UHGV virus genome: UHGV-0077918
Direction: 5' to 3' (one strand)
Source: a virus
DNA length: 11,144 bases
Shown piece by piece: positions 7,822 through 11,144 of this stretch; the first letter of the stretch is position 1, and each line of letters starts with the position of its first letter. The notes beneath the pieces are model-generated. The model worked only from the letters and a program-made list of their open reading frames with translations, made no database searches and was not told the origin of the DNA. The position numbers were made by a program, and so were the translations under genes.

Positions 7822-8246
7822 TGGAACTGTGGCTGACGGTGAACGGTAAACGCACCTGCGCCAGCGCACCGCTGGATCCGCTGACCCGCGCCGTGGTGAT
7901 TTCCCTGTTTACCTGGCGGCGGGCGGAGCCTGATGACAACGCCGACGTCCCGATGGGATGGTGGGGGGATACCTGGCCTGCGGTACAGAATGACCGTTAC
8001 GGCTCCCGACTGTGGCTGCTTCAGCGCAGCAAACTGACCAATCAGCTGGTGCAGACGGTAAGGGGGTATATCCGCGAATGCCTGCAATGGATGATTGATG
8101 ATGGCGTGGTGTCCCGTATTGATCTGGATATCCGCCGCACCGGGATTAATGAACTGGGTAACAGTATCACTCTCTGGCGTCGTGACGGACCGGTAATGAT
8201 TTCTTTTGATGATCTGTGGAGTGCGATAACGCATGGCGGACAGTGA
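7818..8246 (+). CDS. Baseplate wedge protein, Mu gp46-like (GPW/gp25 family)
   Basis: 142 aa; ATGA overlap with the upstream gene. Size and position between the gpV-like and J-like genes match the Mu gp46 position. Confidence 0.65.
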   Translation: MMELWLTVNGKRTCASAPLDPLTRAVVISLFTWRRAEPDDNADVPMGWWGDTWPAVQNDRYGSRLWLLQRSKLTNQLVQTVRGYIRECLQWMIDDGVVSRIDLDIRRTGINELGNSITLWRRDGPVMISFDDLWSAITHGGQ

Positions 8247-9291
8247 ATTTCAGCGCCCGACGCTGGCAGAAAATATCAGTATGCTCCGTAACGATTTATT
8301 CGCCAGGCTGGACGTCAGCGACACGCTCCGGCGCATGGATGAAGACGTGCGGGCAAAGGTGTATGCGGCGGCGCTGCATACGGTTTACGGTTACATCGAT
8401 TATCTGGCAATGAACATGCTGCCTGACCTGTGCGATGAGTCCTGGCTGGCGCGACATGCTGCGATGAAACGGTGTCCGCGCAAGGGGGCCACGGCTGCCA
8501 GCGGGTATATGCGCTGGGAAGGTGTCAGCGATGGCCTGAAGGTGACTGCCGGGAGCGTGATTCAGCGCGATGACCTGGTTCAGTACACGGCAACTGCCGA
8601 TGCAACCAGCTCCGGTGGTGTCCTGCGCGTGCCGATCGCCTGCTCAAGTGCAGGCGCGGTCGGTAACGCTGACGACGGTACGGCATTAATCCTGGTCACG
8701 CCGGTGAATGGTCTGCCGTCTTCCGGTGTTGCAGATACTCTGACTGGCGGATTCGATACTGAAGATCTGGAAACGTGGCGCGCCCGCGTCATTGAGCGGT
8801 ATTACTGGACGCCGCAGGGCGGGGCTGACGGGGACTATGTCGTCTGGGCTAAAGAAGTGCCCGGCATTACCCGCGCATGGACATACCGTCACTGGATGGG
8901 AACGGGAACTGTCGGTGTGATGATTGCCAGCAGTGACCTGATTAATCCCATTCCGGAAGAATCAACGGAAACGGCGGCAAGACAACATATCGGGCCACTG
9001 GCCCCGGTGGCAGGCTCTGATTTGTATGTATTCAGGCCGGTGGCACATACGGTGGATTTTCATATCCGCGTGACGCCGGACACACCAGAAATACGGGCTG
9101 CCATCACCGCGGAGTTGCGTTCGTTCCTGCTGCGTGATGGTTATCCGCAGGGAGAACTGAAGGTATCGCGTATCAGTGAGGCGATTTCCGGTGCGAACGG
9201 GGAATACAGCCATCAGTTGCTTGCACCGGCAGACAATATCTCCATTGCAAAAAATGAACTGGCGGTACTGGGGACGATTTCATGGACGTGA
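8233..9291 (+). CDS. Baseplate J-like protein (Mu gp47-like)
   Basis: 352 aa; overlaps the upstream gene by 14 nt. Size and position are typical of baseplate J family proteins. Confidence 0.75.
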   Translation: MADSEFQRPTLAENISMLRNDLFARLDVSDTLRRMDEDVRAKVYAAALHTVYGYIDYLAMNMLPDLCDESWLARHAAMKRCPRKGATAASGYMRWEGVSDGLKVTAGSVIQRDDLVQYTATADATSSGGVLRVPIACSSAGAVGNADDGTALILVTPVNGLPSSGVADTLTGGFDTEDLETWRARVIERYYWTPQGGADGDYVVWAKEVPGITRAWTYRHWMGTGTVGVMIASSDLINPIPEESTETAARQHIGPLAPVAGSDLYVFRPVAHTVDFHIRVTPDTPEIRAAITAELRSFLLRDGYPQGELKVSRISEAISGANGEYSHQLLAPADNISIAKNELAVLGTISWT

Positions 9292-9866
9292 CAAACGATG
9301 ATTACATCCGTCTGTTGTCGGCACTGTTGCCCCCCGGTCCGGCGTGGTCAGCCAGCGATCCGGCGATTGCCGGTGCGGCACCGTCATTAACCCGCGTTCA
9401 TCAGCGTGCGGATGCCCTGATGCGGGAGCTGGATCCGCGCACCACCACTGAACTGATAAACCGCTGGGAGCGTCTGTGCGGTCTGCCGGATGAATGTATT
9501 CCCGCAGGGACACAGACCCTTCGCCAGCGTCAGCAACGGCTGGATGCGAAGGTTAACCTGGCGGGCGGCATCAACGAGAATTTTTATCTTGCACAGCTTG
9601 CTGCCCTGGGCAGACCAGACGCTACCATCACGCGATACGACAAAAGCACGTTCACCTGCTCATCGGCCTGTACTGACGCGGTGAATGCGCCGGAATGGCG
9701 GTATTACTGGCAGGTCAACATGCCAGCCGCCACAAACACCACCTGGATGACATGTGGCGATCCCTGTGATTCCGCGCTGCGTATCTGGGGCGACACCGTT
9801 GTCGAATGTGTGCTTAACAAACTCTGCCCGTCGCATACCTACGTAATTTTTAAATATCCGGAGTAA
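9282..9866 (+). CDS. Tail protein, Mu gp48-like (YmfQ-like, DUF2313-type)
   Basis: 194 aa; overlaps the J-like gene's 3' end and lies immediately upstream of the tail fibre gene, as for gp48/YmfQ-type proteins. Confidence 0.6.
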   Translation: MDVTNDDYIRLLSALLPPGPAWSASDPAIAGAAPSLTRVHQRADALMRELDPRTTTELINRWERLCGLPDECIPAGTQTLRQRQQRLDAKVNLAGGINENFYLAQLAALGRPDATITRYDKSTFTCSSACTDAVNAPEWRYYWQVNMPAATNTTWMTCGDPCDSALRIWGDTVVECVLNKLCPSHTYVIFKYPE

Positions 9867-9869
9867 TCC

Positions 9870-10571
9870 ATGCATCGTATAGACACGAAAACCGCGCAGA
9901 AGGATAAGTTCGGCGCGGGTAAGAACGGTTTTACCCGTGGTAACCCCCAGACTGGCACACCTGCCACCGATCTGGATGATGACTACTTTGATATGTTGCA
10001 GGAAGAACTCTGCAGCGTGGTGGAGGCATCCGGTGCCAGCCTGGAGAAGGGGCGAAACGACCAGTTGCTTACCGCGCTTCGTGCTCTGCTGTTAAGCCGC
10101 AAGAATCCGTTTGGTGATATCAAATCGGATGGCACGGTGAAAACGGCTCTCGAAAACCTTGGTTTGGGAGAAGGCTCAGCATTACCCGTTGGTGTGCCTG
10201 TTCCGTGGCCTTCAGCCACTCCGCCAACAGGCTGGCTGAAATGCAATGGTGCGGCTTTTTCTGCTGAAGAATACCCGGAACTGGCAAAGGCTTATCCAAC
10301 AAATAAATTACCTGATTTACGCGGTGAGTTTATTCGTGGATGGGATGATGGGCGCGGGGTGGATGCAGGGCGCGCGCTTCTCTCGGCGCAGTCCGATTTA
10401 TTTAAAGCGCACCACCACAATTTTTCGTTTTTTAGAGCCTGGGCTGTAGATGGAGGGACTGGTGCTGTATACGATTTTAACGGCAGTGCAGGCAGAGATA
10501 CCGACGACACCGGCGGAAATGAAACGCGCCCCCGCAACATTGCATTTAACTACATTGTGAGGGCTGCATAA
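9870..10571 (+). CDS. Tail fibre protein: conserved N-terminal region plus tail-collar-type variable C-terminus
   Basis: 233 aa. The N-terminus [46 protein letters not shown] is typical of enterobacterial prophage tail fibres. The C-terminal part (..[18 protein letters not shown]..) resembles the phage tail collar domain. The gene contains the invertase crossover site at 10147-10172. Confidence 0.75.
   Translation: MHRIDTKTAQKDKFGAGKNGFTRGNPQTGTPATDLDDDYFDMLQEELCSVVEASGASLEKGRNDQLLTALRALLLSRKNPFGDIKSDGTVKTALENLGLGEGSALPVGVPVPWPSATPPTGWLKCNGAAFSAEEYPELAKAYPTNKLPDLRGEFIRGWDDGRGVDAGRALLSAQSDLFKAHHHNFSFFRAWAVDGGTGAVYDFNGSAGRDTDDTGGNETRPRNIAFNYIVRAA
10147..10172. other. Hin/Gin/Pin/Cin-family serine invertase crossover site (hix/gix-like) inside the tail fibre gene
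   Basis: CTCTCGAAAACC-TT-GGTTTGGGAGAA: two 12-bp half-sites in inverted orientation around a 2-bp core. By my count 19 of 26 positions match hixL (TTCTTGAAAACCAAGGTTTTTGATAA). It sits at the constant/variable junction of the fibre ORF (encoding ..ALENLGLGE..). Confidence 0.6.
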
Positions 10572-11144
10572 TGACACAGGCAAAATTAAACAGTGAATTT
10601 ATTGCCACGGAACCCGGCTTCATTACCGTTTATAACTACAACGGAGAAACGCGGGAATATATATCCACATCAACTGAGTATCTTGCGGTGGGTGTCGGTA
10701 TTCCGGCGCATTCCTGTTTAGATGCTCCTGGCTCAAACAAAGCTGGTTATGCAATCTGCCGAACGGTAGATTTAAACTCATGGGAATATGTGTCAGACCA
10801 TCGCGGTGAAACGGTCTATAGCACCGAAACAGGAGAATCGAAAGAAATCACATCTCTGGGTGATTACCCCGAAAATACAACCACTATCGCCCCGTTAACA
10901 CCATACGATAAATGGGATGGTGAGAAATGGGTGACGGATACTGAGGCACAATGTAGCGCCGCAGTGGACGCGGCAGAAATCCAACGCCAGTCACTGATTG
11001 ATGCAGCAATGAATTCCGTCGGTCTGATTCAGCTGAAATTACAGGCCGGACGTAAACTTACGCAGGAAGAAACAACCAGACTTAACGCTGTGCTGGATTA
11101 CATTGACGCGGTGACGGCAACAGATACCAGCACCGCGCCGGATG
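10571..11144 (+). CDS. Tail fibre assembly protein (Tfa family), 3' end beyond the window
   Basis: Not in the ORF track because there is no stop in the window. My translation starts at the ATG overlapping the fibre stop (TAATG): [23 protein letters not shown]...NAVLDYIDAVTATDTSTAPD. The ..VDTSTAPD motif and the DHRGETVY / PEN / KWDGEKWV pattern match lambda-type Tfa proteins as I recall them. Confidence 0.75.
   Translation, partial: MTQAKLNSEFIATEPGFITVYNYNGETREYISTSTEYLAVGVGIPAHSCLDAPGSNKAGYAICRTVDLNSWEYVSDHRGETVYSTETGESKEITSLGDYPENTTTIAPLTPYDKWDGEKWVTDTEAQCSAAVDAAEIQRQSLIDAAMNSVGLIQLKLQAGRKLTQEETTRLNAVLDYIDAVTATDTSTAPD

Larger units (their letters stand above)
1..11144 (+). mobile_element. 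Segment of a prophage late operon: HK97-type head module joined to Mu-type baseplate and tail-fibre module (SfV/e14-like mosaic)
   Basis: Seen in sequence: uninterrupted co-directional array of phage structural genes with overlapping start/stop junctions. Family assignments are from recalled motifs, not from a database search. Confidence 0.85.

Noticed and set aside
3215-8234. Other long minus-strand ORFs (3215..3682, 3555..4052, 4142..4732, 5554..6051, 6365..6703, 7776..8234) and alternative-frame + ORFs (3417..3602, 3985..4176, 6717..7085, 8216..8413)
   Set aside because: All are nested within confidently assigned + strand structural genes, have biased low-complexity composition (R/P/G/S/C-rich) and lack start-site context. 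They are treated as shadow ORFs.
1-11144. CRISPR arrays, tRNA/rRNA genes, integrase, toxin-antitoxin or defence-system genes
   Set aside because: I saw no regularly spaced direct repeats, no cloverleaf-like tRNA candidates, and no ORFs with recombinase, toxin or nuclease-like features. The window is fully accounted for by virion structural genes.

Overview
The window is an ~11 kb stretch of the late (virion morphogenesis) operon of a temperate enterobacterial myovirus-type prophage, with every credible gene on the + strand and tightly packed, often overlapping (ATGA / TAATG junctions). It is a mosaic: an HK97-type head module (portal, prohead protease, major capsid with fused scaffold domain, gp6/gp7/gp10-like neck proteins, tail terminator-like protein) followed directly by a Mu-type baseplate and fibre module (gpN-like, gpP-like, gp45/V-like, gp46/W-like, baseplate J-like, gp48-like, tail fibre, tail fibre assembly protein). 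This resembles the SfV / e14 style of prophage, judged from motifs recalled from memory and not from any search. Two things stand out. First, the contractile-tail core (sheath, tube, assembly chaperone, tape measure) is absent where it should sit, and together with two apparent frame disruptions (portal, gpP-like) this suggests a decaying or defective element, though sequencing error cannot be excluded for the frameshifts. Second, a 26-bp Hin/Gin/Pin-type crossover site lies inside the tail-fibre gene, with an AT-richer fibre C-terminus and tfa gene downstream, predicting an invertible host-range segment whose invertase lies beyond the window. I found no RNA genes, CRISPR arrays or convincing minus-strand genes. 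I do not see a clearly novel system here; the findings are about the state and architecture of a recognisable prophage.
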